This document shows positions 1-9,165 of a stretch of DNA of 20,000 nucleotides, one piece after another; the first letter of the stretch is position 1; every line of letters starts with the position of its first letter. A program made the position numbers and the translations under genes. The stretch covers positions 1,794,173 to 1,814,172 of the forward strand of contig OZ037842.1 in assembly GCA_964035575.1 (NCBI GenBank), written 5' to 3'. The notes under the pieces were generated by a model. The model was not told the origin of the DNA, ran no database searches, and saw only the letters and a list, made by a program, of their open reading frames with translations. The stretch comes from Rhynchopus sp. YZ270_cl-10 (lineage: Eukaryota).

Positions 1-1118
1 TTTTGCAGAGGCAAGTTCTCGTTCTTCCACGTGCAGGCCCCTGCAGTGCTTGAGGGTGTCGGCTTCTACGGAAGCACCAGCGCCATTGGCATGTACCGCC
101 CCTGGGGAGGCAAGCACTTCAAGAAGATGTACGCCGGCGCGATCTACAAGCAGGCCCTCATTGACTTCGTGCAGGACAACTGCCTCCCCGTTGTGGGCTA
201 CGTCCCTGAGGACAAGATGGAGTACCTGGCGGCGAAGAACAAGCCGATCCTGAAGGTCTTCGTCGCAAACGAGAAGGTTGCGGACCTGGAGAAGGCCATT
301 GTGAAAGAGCTGGCCCCCATTGAGAAGAAGCACGGCAAGAAGCTTTTGTTCGCCATTCTCGACTGTATGTACCCCACGCCCCACGCACACACAACCACCA
401 CCACATCTCACAGCTGGCGCGGGCCAGTTCGGCTTCGAGGACGCAGACCTGCAGGACGGTCGGGCAATTGTGATTGATGACAAGAAGGACTACGTGTACG
501 ACGCGTCCCAGGGCACCGTCGCAGAGTGGGTTGAGAAGTACTTCAAGAAGCAGGCCGCACCGTGGGTGAAGTCTGAGGCGGCCGCACCCAAGGCAGAGGC
601 AGGCGAGGTGCAGGTTGTCGTGGGGAAGACCTTCGACGAGATTGTCATGGACAAGACAAAGGACGTCTTCATCGAGTTCTACGCACCCTGGTGTGGCCAC
701 TGCAAGAGCCTCGAGCCCAAGTACAAGGAGCTGGCGGAGGAGCTCAAGGGATTCAAGAACGTATGTAGCTCTGAGATTTTGTCAAACATCATCTTACCTT
801 TGTCGCTCACTTACCTTTGTCGCTCAAAGACACTTTAAACAAACCACCAAATAGATTGTCATCGCTAAGATGGACGCCACCGCGAACGACGTGTCTAACA
901 ACAAGTACAAGGCGTCTGGTTTCCCCACGATGATGTACGCAACCACGAACGCGAAGGAGAACCCGATCTCGTACGACGGTGGGAGAGAGGTCGAGGACAT
1001 GGCGAAGTTCATCAAGGAGAAGGCGACTGTGTCGCTCGAGGTTTGTGCTCCCCCCCCTTGCTCCCCCCGTCCTCCCCACCTTTTGAAAGCAATCTCACAA
1101 CAACAGGAGGAGCTGTGA
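1..1118 (+). CDS. PDI: Protein disulfide isomerase family protein, 3' part (5'-partial). Exons <=9..364, 414..760, 855..1040, 1107..1118
   Basis: Thioredoxin motif KDVFIEFYAPWCGHCKSLEP followed after splicing by IVIAKMDATANDV...GFPT. GT-AG introns at 365-413 (GTATGT..CACAG), 761-854 (GTATGT..ATAG) and 1041-1106 (GTTTGT..ACAG) join the frames. The spliced product ends VSLE-EEL-TGA, a KDEL-like ER retention signal. Confidence 0.93.
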
Positions 1119-1711
1119 ACTTGAAGTAGAAGCATTGCGATGATTTTGTACTCTTTTAATTGTTTGGCGTTTATTTTTTGGAGGGGTGCCTTTTTTTGTC
1201 TTTTCTAGAGCCTCGTCTTGCGCTATTTATGTGAACTGTTGTTGCTTCTTTTAGGGGGTTCCCCCTGCTTTTCTCTCAGGCTGCTGTCAGCATAAAAAAA
1301 AGACAAAAAAAAAAGACAAAAATACACCAACGAATGTGAAGAGTTGCAGGAACGAATTTTTTTGTTACTAGTAACGAACGGGGGTTTTTTTTTGCTTTGG
1401 CTGTGCTGCTTTGGGGAAAAACATCCTTGAACAGCATGAAAAAAAAAGGGTTAAATAGTTGGGAAGATACAATACACCTTTGACCACTGCTCTCAATATA
1501 CCAACAACTGCAAAAGGAGCGGGTATCGTAAAGCGAAACGCAACATTGCTAACACCAGAAATGGAAAATTTCCGGAACACAAACAGTTATTTTGTTTGGT
1601 TGCTCCGTCAGAGATGCCCGCAAAAGTTTCTTTTAACAACTTTTCAGGGCAATTGTGTGATGAAAGCAGCTCCTGGGAAGAGCACCATTTCTCTTTTGGC
1701 AACGTGAACCT

Positions 1712-1788
1712 CCCCGCACCCCATTTTCCCAATTCTCTTCCTCACCCCCCCTTTCTCCCTCCGCCAACAACTCTCTCTATCTCTCCAG
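1712..1788 (+). promoter_or_regulatory. Polypyrimidine tract ending in CAG: splice acceptor (cis, or spliced-leader trans) upstream of the kinase
   Basis: Long C/T-rich tract ending ...ctctctctatctctccAG at 1787-1788, about 80 nt upstream of the kinase ATG. Confidence 0.45.
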
Positions 1789-1869
1789 GAAATTTTTTTA
1801 TCCCAAAAAAAAATTCAATGAAGACGAAACCGATAGACGTTTGATGTTGATAGTTTGTCGCAAGCTATC

Positions 1870-3777
1870 ATGATGCGTTTTTTTAGCAAGGACAAGGAGA
1901 CGAAAGACGCAGTGGATAATGCAAATGTCGTGGACCCTTATTACAGAGACGCAAAGGTTGTGGGGGAGTATATGTGTCTGCACAATGCGCGTGCTATCAT
2001 ACGACGGGACAAGTACGACAAAATCACCCGCATCAACAACTACTGTGTAAAGAAGCTGCTAGGCGAAGGACGCTACGGCGAAGTCTACCTCTGCAAGTCT
2101 ATGCGGGTGCACACCTTCTTTTGCTGCACATCTGAGACAAAGGACACAGACGACGAATTTGCCATCAAACTCGTCCGCAGATGCGACGTGAGGAAGGAAG
2201 AGTACAAGATCCTGAAGAGCGTGCAGCACGACCACATCGTGAGTCTTGTTGAGTACATTGACGACGCGACGCACCCTTGGGTCTTTCTTGTCTTCGAAAG
2301 CCTGGGGGGTGGACCCATTGCGGTGTGTTCTGACGACGGCTGCCTGATCCGCCCCGAGAAGCCATGGACAGAGGAGAAGGCAGAACCGCTCTTCGCTCAG
2401 ATGATCCTTGCACTGGAGTACCTGCACGGCAGAGGTGTCTTCCACCGCGACATCAAACCCGAGAACGTTGTCTTCACATCTCCAGAGGAAACGGACGTCA
2501 AGCTCATCGACTTCGGTGAGTCGCGAATGCTCAAAGCTAAGGTGAAAGGTCTTGCCGACGACTCCTCACGAGTGACGAAGGGCACACCGCTGTTCATGGC
2601 CTGTGAGATGTTGAGCGGCATGCGATTCTCTGACAGCCAAGCGGACGTGTGGGCCCTCGGTGTCCTGTTCTACCTGTTGTGTACAGGGTACGTCCCCTTT
2701 GGAAGGGGTAAGAAGACGACCTTTGAGCTGCACACCCAGATCCAGTTCGAAGTGCTAACGTTCCCAGACACAATGAGCCTTCACCTGCAGGAGATGCTCA
2801 CAAAGATGCTTGACAGAGATGTTGCAAAGCGAGCGTCCCTCCCGTACCTCAAACGTCACGAGTGGTTCTCAGGTGTCGCTTCAAAGGAAGGCGATTCTCT
2901 CGAAAAGTCTTCCGGCAGTTTCCGTGGGAACCCTCTCCGGAAGCGAAGCCCTGGTCTGAACACGCTTCCTTTGTTGGATGCAGATCTTGTGCGATCGAAG
3001 TCACCTTTCACCCTTGAGGAGTGCGTAAGCACACCAGTGCAGGGGGCAAAGGAAAAGGATTCGGAGTCGGCTCTCGGGTTTATTTTGGACGACTCAATCT
3101 TGGTCAAGAATATGCTTATTGTGGAAGACAGTGGGAAGATGCGTTCGCAGTTGCGATGGTTGCTCGAACATTCGAAACTGAGCAGGGTTAATCTGGAGCT
3201 CTCTGAAATGCAATACGTAGAAGACGCACTCGAAAAAATGCTCAATATGTCGAAGCAAGGTACACCCTTCGACCTCGTCATTATGGATATTTACCCTAGA
3301 AACAACGGAACGACTCAGACGGGGGTCGACGCCATCATCGCGCTAAGGGAGTTTGAGCACATGGAAAATCTTGACCCAACACCTGTGTGGTTCAGTTACT
3401 CCGAGTCGGAACCGTTTCCCTTTTTGGATGACACAATGACGAGGCTAAAAACGGGCATCATCGAGAAGCCGTTCACCACCCACCAGGCACGCTCTATATT
3501 GTGCCATCTTGGTGTGCGGTGCTGTGGCATCCAGGAAGAGGAGTTCCAGGAGATGGTCGAGCAAAGCAACCACTTCGCGGACGCGCAGTTCATTGCGTCG
3601 CAGTGTTCTCTGAGGAAAGGCTCTCTCCCGACAGGGTACCTTGACCGCACGAACATTATCAGTGTTCCAGATGATTACACAAGCAAAGATGATGAGTTCA
3701 GCGAGGACAAACTTGAAATATCCCTCGGTTCCGGCGGGTTCGTGCGAGAGACAAGCGAGAGGTCTTTGGGTCAATAG
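1870..3777 (+). CDS. CAMKK/GRIK-like Ser/Thr protein kinase with C-terminal response-regulator receiver (REC) domain
   Basis: Kinase motifs LGEGRYGEV, AIK, HRDIKPEN, DFG, GTPLFMACE, DVWALG (about 2041-2868). INNY..., LVEYIDD..., GGPI resemble CaMKK/GRIK kinases. REC motifs LIVED, FDLVIMDI, TPV, EKPF (about 3109-3510). First in-frame ATG is 1870; the ORF track start at 1855 is TTG. Confidence 0.88.
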   Translation: MMRFFSKDKETKDAVDNANVVDPYYRDAKVVGEYMCLHNARAIIRRDKYDKITRINNYCVKKLLGEGRYGEVYLCKSMRVHTFFCCTSETKDTDDEFAIKLVRRCDVRKEEYKILKSVQHDHIVSLVEYIDDATHPWVFLVFESLGGGPIAVCSDDGCLIRPEKPWTEEKAEPLFAQMILALEYLHGRGVFHRDIKPENVVFTSPEETDVKLIDFGESRMLKAKVKGLADDSSRVTKGTPLFMACEMLSGMRFSDSQADVWALGVLFYLLCTGYVPFGRGKKTTFELHTQIQFEVLTFPDTMSLHLQEMLTKMLDRDVAKRASLPYLKRHEWFSGVASKEGDSLEKSSGSFRGNPLRKRSPGLNTLPLLDADLVRSKSPFTLEECVSTPVQGAKEKDSESALGFILDDSILVKNMLIVEDSGKMRSQLRWLLEHSKLSRVNLELSEMQYVEDALEKMLNMSKQGTPFDLVIMDIYPRNNGTTQTGVDAIIALREFEHMENLDPTPVWFSYSESEPFPFLDDTMTRLKTGIIEKPFTTHQARSILCHLGVRCCGIQEEEFQEMVEQSNHFADAQFIASQCSLRKGSLPTGYLDRTNIISVPDDYTSKDDEFSEDKLEISLGSGGFVRETSERSLGQ

Positions 3778-4317
3778 AGTTCAAAGCCCTCAAACTTTCT
3801 TCAAACAATCAGCTATGACAAAACGCCTGTCGTATTATTATTCTTTTGGTAGCGACTTTGCTGAGGTTCATGTTCAAACCTTGGGGGGTGGGACTTCCTC
3901 GACAAGAGTCGAGGAGTCGAGTTTTTTTTTTTTTTGGGTTTGCGAGATTCTTTTCCAAACACACCTTTCGTTTCGGAACGACTCACTTCGAGGACGAGGT
4001 CCCGAAGCAGAGTCTTTTGTTTTACAAGATTTTACCACAGCCCAGGAAACATAGGGTGGCATATCCAAATCTAAAAAACCTTGTGTTTTTTAGTCTTACT
4101 AAGAGATGCGCCAACCACGCCCGCCCACGTAAAGTGGTAGTGGAGGGTACATGACGGAGTGCAAAAAATTATCACTGATGCATTTTTTTTTTTTTTTTTT
4201 GAAAACTTGGTTGTATTAGTGTAGACACCCGAGGATGAACTCCACTATTTTTTTTTGCATCGTAGCTCTCCGTCGTACTGAATAGAAATTTCCAAGGAAC
4301 TAATTAAACACTCCAGT

Positions 4318-4439
4318 GAAAAATTGAAGCTTTTTCCCCCGATGGGGGGTGCAACTCCCAACGTTTTGGATTTCTCGAGCCGAAGGCGAATCCGAATCCG
4401 ATGGAGTTGGCACCCCCCAAGGGGCGTCTTCAAATTTTC
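4318..4439. repeat. Imperfect inverted repeat / long hairpin (~120 nt)
   Basis: gaaaaattgaag..cccc..ggggggtgc-aactcc..ttggatt / aatccga..ggagtt-g-gcacccccc..gggg..cttcaaattttc pair in nested order. Confidence 0.6.
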
Positions 4440-5166
4440 CCAGAAGTTTGTAAGTTATTGCCTCCACACAGTGTCGAAAGCCAACAATTTAGGGGGTTTG
4501 ACCCACTGTGCGTCTCCATCTGTTGGTGGGTGCTTGAGAATTAGGAAATGAAGCCGAAAACTAGGAGAGGCAGGGTCATCACATCAGGCGTGTGAGAGTC
4601 TATCATAGACTTTGTCATAGTCTCTCATTTTCCCTTTTTCCCCTTGTTCGTGGTTTATGTACACGGGAAGCAACCTCAGATGGTGTTTTCGACTTCAATT
4701 TCCGTTTGTACACCTTGATCGCGGTTTGATGAAAAGTGGGCTTGTCGAAAATTTCAGAAATCCTTACCACAATTCTTGCACTAGCAGCGACCGCTACGGC
4801 GGAAGCTCGGGTCACCAAATCACCCCCTTTTTGGCCAAAAGTCGTGATGGGTGATTTTTGGCTTGACATTCGGAGGCAATAAAAGCAACCAGCATTTGTC
4901 ATCACCTTCCAGTAAGACAGGTTGATGGTCAATAGCACAAAACAAAGAAAAAAAAGAAATGAAGTGCCCTTGCGGTTTCTGCCCTTCACAGGTGCATCAC
5001 ATTCCCTTTCTGCATTATTTGTTTATCCCACAAAATTTGTGGAGTCAACTGCTCTTTTTGTACACTTAAACGGTTCTGTTTTTCGACAGTGCGTTAGCTC
5101 AAAATGCGTCAAAAACACATAAAAACACATAAAAAAAAGTTCACCTTTTTTGCCTTAGCTCCTTAG

Positions 5167-5316
5167 CTCCTGCGCAAGCAGAACCCCGCCTGGGGCTACC
5201 GTGACGTCGCAGAAGTGCAGGAGGAGGCACTCAAGCACAGCCTCCTGCTGCTCAATCGGTACGACATGCCGGCGAACAACTTTCTTCTCAGGTTTTCAAG
5301 AGAAGAGAAAGCGTGA
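5167..5316 (+). pseudogene. Possible orphan terminal exon or gene fragment (LLRKQNPAWGYRDVAEVQEEALKHSLLLLNRYDMPANNFLLRFSREEKA*)
   Basis: GC-rich, coding-like codon usage in an AT-rich background. Preceded by a T-tract and ccttAG, ends in TGA. No recognisable homology and no upstream exon identified. Confidence 0.25.
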
Positions 5317-5671
5317 CGGGTGTGTGAAATAAATGGTCAAATTCCTGCAGAATTTTGCCCATTGGGGGGGTTTTAGGGGTACCCACAAAAAGACCGGGAA
5401 AGACCGTGGGTGTGTGTTGAAATGTTCTAACTTACTTCAATCCACAAATAACGTTGTCTGAGTGGACTAGTTTTGCTAGGTTGCGTAAAATCTGTGTCTG
5501 ACACCCGCCTGAGTCTCTGTGGGTAAAAAATTGCCCAAAAAATAATATTAATAATTATACAAAATTCTGGGCCGAAATGTAATTATTTTTTGAATTGTTG
5601 TTCAGTTGGTTGCTTTTCCTTTGCCGTTCACATCCGCACCCATAACAGGATTATTTTACAACCAGGGAACG

Positions 5672-7392
5672 ATGAGGTCTCTGTGTGTGATGCTATTGGG
5701 CGCCCTCTCACTCCGCAGAGGTGCCACTGCGCAGTGTGCCTCGCAGCAGCCGTGGTGCAGTGCCTTCACGCCCGCTCCAGCACCACAAGTCATGTCAACG
5801 TGCCCGGATCCTGGATCCGTCATTGGCCAGCCTATTGACCCACATTGCAAGAATCGGTTGCGCACCTGGCAGGTGGCACGTGTGCTTGAGCAGCACAACC
5901 TGTACAGGGAACAGCACGGTGCATGCCCGATGACGTACAGCACTGCCCTGGAAGACCATGTTATCGCGAGCTCAACCTTCCAGACCACTTGCGACATAGA
6001 CATCCCCTCGTTCTCCAAGATTAAATTATATGGTGAGAACATTGCCTCGGTGAGTGGTGTGCCTGGCGGAGACTTCTCGAGATGGGATGTGGCTGAGGGT
6101 GTGAAGGACTGGTACTGCATGCAGTAGGGCTGTTACAACTACGATAGCCAGCTTGGCAATTCCCCCATCTGGATCTTCGCACAGGTGGTATGGAAGGAGA
6201 CACTCGAGGTCGGGTGTGGTGTGTGCTCTTCCGCCTCTGGTCGCGTGCACCTCATGTGCTATTATCATGAGCGCAGCAGGTTACTGGTTGGTTCGCAGTT
6301 CACAAGTATCGGAGCACCTGGCACGACAGCGTCAGGGTGTGCGTCTGCAGTGACAACAGCTCCAACTTCTGTTCCCACAGCACAGCCTACTGCAGTGCCG
6401 ACACCTGTTCCGACAGCAATGCCAACAGCAGCGCCAACAGCACAGCCGACGTCAGCACCAACAAGCGCCCCTTCGTGCACAGAGAAGGACACGATGTCAA
6501 TGATGTGCTCACGGAGCCTGCCTGACACATGCCGCTTCAAGGTGCAGCACCATGAGAGGGTGCTCTCTGTTGCGTTCTCGAGCGACGGCACGCACTTTGC
6601 CACTGGCAGCGATGACGGAGTACGTGTGTTTGAGAGTGCAACAGGCACACAGACGCTGAAGCTTGCGTGTGCAGACTTTGCCGTGCACGACGTTGTGTTC
6701 TCGCCGGACGCACTGTCGGTTGCTGTTGCAGGTGGGTGGACGTGCTGTGGTGTGCAATGTGGCGACGGGAGCACTGCGGTACGTCCTGCACGACCTGGGG
6801 AGCAGAAGCACGCCGATGCGTAAGGTCGAGTACTCGCGTGTGGGTGGCCTGCTCGCGGGTGGGAACGCGCCAAGCACACGTGTTGTGCATGCAGACGACG
6901 GTGCCTTGGACCTTGTCATCCACACGCATGCGCGCAACGTCGCGTTTTCTCCTGACGGAAGTCTGCTGGCAACTGTGGTGGGGAGCGAGGTGGACGAGAT
7001 TGTGCAGATATGGGACGTTGTGACGGGGGGCGAAGGTGGGCACTGTTGCTTCTGAGGGTGCGCGCGTGGTGTCTGTGGCGTTCCTGTCTGGCCGTGAGCT
7101 GCTGCTGGGATGGATAGTGGTGCCGTCCTTGTGACTCGCTGGGCAAGCGGGACTGTCGGTGTGGGTGTCGCGACAGTGGCAGCAGCAGTGTCGATGCCCT
7201 CTCACGTGCTGCACCATGCCACGCCCTCTGCAGACGGGCAGCTCTTTGCTGCTGCAGGCCCTGCAGAGGTCGTCGTGTGGACGGCAACAGGCACTGTGCA
7301 CACCCGTCTCACCGGCCTCGACGCTGTTGTGGCTCAGGCATCCTTCTCCCCTGAAGGAGGCTTTCTTGCCACTGCCGGGCACGACGGGTCGC
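5672..7392 (+). pseudogene. Disrupted gene: signal peptide + CAP/SCP (PR-1-like) domain + Pro/Thr/Ala linker + WD40 repeats, truncated by the tandem array
   Basis: MRSLCVMLLGALSL signal-like start. CAP motifs HNLYREQHG, YGENIA, WY, QVVWKETLEVGCG, with an in-frame TAG at 6125-6127. PTAQPTAVPT repeats at about 6352-6475. WD40-like units (VLSVAFSSDGTHFATGSDD, VAFSPDGSLLAT..VQIWD, ASFSPEGGFLATAGHDGS). Frameshifts near 6735, 7025-7030 and 7107. Confidence 0.75.
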
Positions 7393-8367
7393 TCCTTGCA
7401 CAGCATCCTTGCACAGCATCCTTGCACAGCATCCTTGCACAGCATCCTTGCACAGCATCCTTGCACAGCATCCTTGCACAGCATCCTTGCACAGCATCCT
7501 TGCACAGCATCCTTGCACAGCATCCTTGCACAGCATCCTTGCACAGCATCCTTGCACAGCATCCTTGCACAGCATCCTTGCACAGCATCCTTGCACAGCA
7601 TCCTTGCACAGCATCCTTGCACAGCATCCTTGCACAGCATCCTTGCACAGCATCCTTGCACAGCATCCTTGCACAGCATCCTTGCACAGCATCCTTGCAC
7701 AGCATCCTTGCACAGCATCCTTGCACAGCATCCTTGCACAGCATCCTTGCACAGCATCCTTGCACAGCATCCTTGCACAGCATCCTTGCACAGCATCCTT
7801 GCACAGCATCCTTGCACAGCATCCTTGCACAGCATCCTTGCACAGCATCCTTGCACAGCATCCTTGCACAGCATCCTTGCACAGCATCCTTGCACAGCAT
7901 CCTTGCACAGCATCCTTGCACAGCATCCTTGCACAGCATCCTTGCACAGCATCCTTGCACAGCATCCTTGCACAGCATCCTTGCACAGCATCCTTGCACA
8001 GCATCCTTGCACAGCATCCTTGCACAGCATCCTTGCACAGCATCCTTGCACAGCATCCTTGCACAGCATCCTTGCACAGCATCCTTGCACAGCATCCTTG
8101 CACAGCATCCTTGCACAGCATCCTTGCACAGCATCCTTGCACAGCATCCTTGCACAGCATCCTTGCACAGCATCCTTGCACAGCATCCTTGCACAGCATC
8201 CTTGCACAGCATCCTTGCACAGCATCCTTGCACAGCATCCTTGCACAGCATCCTTGCACAGCATCCTTGCACAGCATCCTTGCACAGCATCCTTGCACAG
8301 CATCCTTGCACAGCATCCTTGCACAGCATCCTTGCACAGCATCCTTGCACAGCATCCTTGCACAGCA
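7393..8367 (+). repeat. Perfect tandem array (TCCTTGCACAGCA) x75
   Basis: 975 bp = 75 x 13. No variant unit seen on reading. Confidence 0.97.
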
Positions 8368-8435
8368 GGGGACCATTTTTTACAGGGGACCATTTTTTAC
8401 AGGGGACCATTTTTTACAGGGGACCATTTTTTACA
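8368..8435 (+). repeat. Tandem repeat (GGGGACCATTTTTTACA) x4, the reiterated 5' end of the retroelement
   Basis: Four exact 17-bp units starting at 8368, 8385, 8402 and 8419. Confidence 0.95.
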
Positions 8436-8570
8436 CATTACAACACACTTGTCCTTTCTTTTTACCCTCCCTCCCTCCCCCTTTCCTTTGTTTTATTGTG
8501 AGCCTTGTACGCCTCCACGGGGCGGTCCCTGGGCAACGGTAGAGGAGTGCAGGCCGGCGAAGCGCAAGGC
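8419..8570 (+). ncRNA. HDV-like self-cleaving ribozyme at the retroelement 5' end
   Basis: P1 GGGGACC (8419-8425, or any upstream unit) / GGTCCCT (8524-8530) with G1.U wobble. P2 GCCTTGTAC (8502-8510) / GCGCAAGGC (8562-8570). P3 GCC (8511-13) / GGC (8521-23). L3 TCCACGG. P1.1 CC (8515-16) / GG (8531-32). GCAA, then P4 CGGT/GCCG. J4/2 GCGAA with putative catalytic C8558. Confidence 0.85.
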
Positions 8571-8624
8571 GTAGTGTGTCTTGTCCTTCTTTGTTTTCGT
8601 TTTTTGGTTTTTGCTTTTTTAAAA

Positions 8625-9124
8625 ATGAGGAGGAAGGCCCTTTTGGGGGCGTTGTGGGTGGTGCTGCATGTCTGCATCAGCAGCAGCAGCAGGAGCTACA
8701 CCAGCAGCAACAACAAGAGCAGCAACAGCAGCAACAGCAGCAACAGCAGCAACAGCAGCAACAGCAGCAACAGCAGCAACAGCAGCAACAGCAGCAACAG
8801 CAGCAACAGCAGCATATACTACACCAGCTGCAACTGCAGCAGCAGCAACAACGGCAGCAACAGCAGCAACAGCAGCAACAGCAGCAACAGCAGCATATAC
8901 TACACCAGCTGCAACTGCAGCAGCAGCAACAACGGCAGCAACAGCAGCAACAGCAGCAACAGCAGCAACAGCAGCATATGCTACACCAGCTGCAACTGCA
9001 GCAGCAGCAACAGCAGCAACAAAAGCAGCAACAGCAGCAGCAGCAGCAACAGCAGCAACAACATATGCTACACCAGCTGCAACTGCAGCAGCAGCAACAG
9101 CAGCAACAAGAGCAGCAGCAACAA

Positions 9125-9165
<41 letters not shown>

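Noticed and set aside
2097..2142. Small intron explaining the ~13-aa insertion between kinase beta2 and beta3
   Set aside because: No convincing frame-preserving GT-AG pair with the GTATGT/GTTTGT-type donor seen in PDI, and the frame is open anyway.
5235..5280. Second HDV-like ribozyme (CAGCCTCCTGCTG ... GCCGGCGAA)
   Set aside because: P1, P1.1 and P2 partners could not be assigned.
6125..6127. Stop-codon reassignment (TAG/TAA read as Glu or Gln)
   Set aside because: About 4000 codons of kinase, PDI and retroelement ORFs contain no internal TAR, both the kinase and element ORFs end at TAG, and the same gene also has frameshifts.
7393..8435. CRISPR array
   Set aside because: Head-to-tail repeats with no spacers, no cas genes and a eukaryotic context.
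8300..8450. Spliced-leader RNA gene as insertion target, as for CRE1/SLACS/CZAR
   Set aside because: No recognisable SL exon sequence at either flank.
7110..8574. Long ORFs in all six frames (LAQHPCTASLHSI / CCARMLCKDAVQG repeats)
   Set aside because: Artefact of a stop-free 13-bp unit cycling through the frames.
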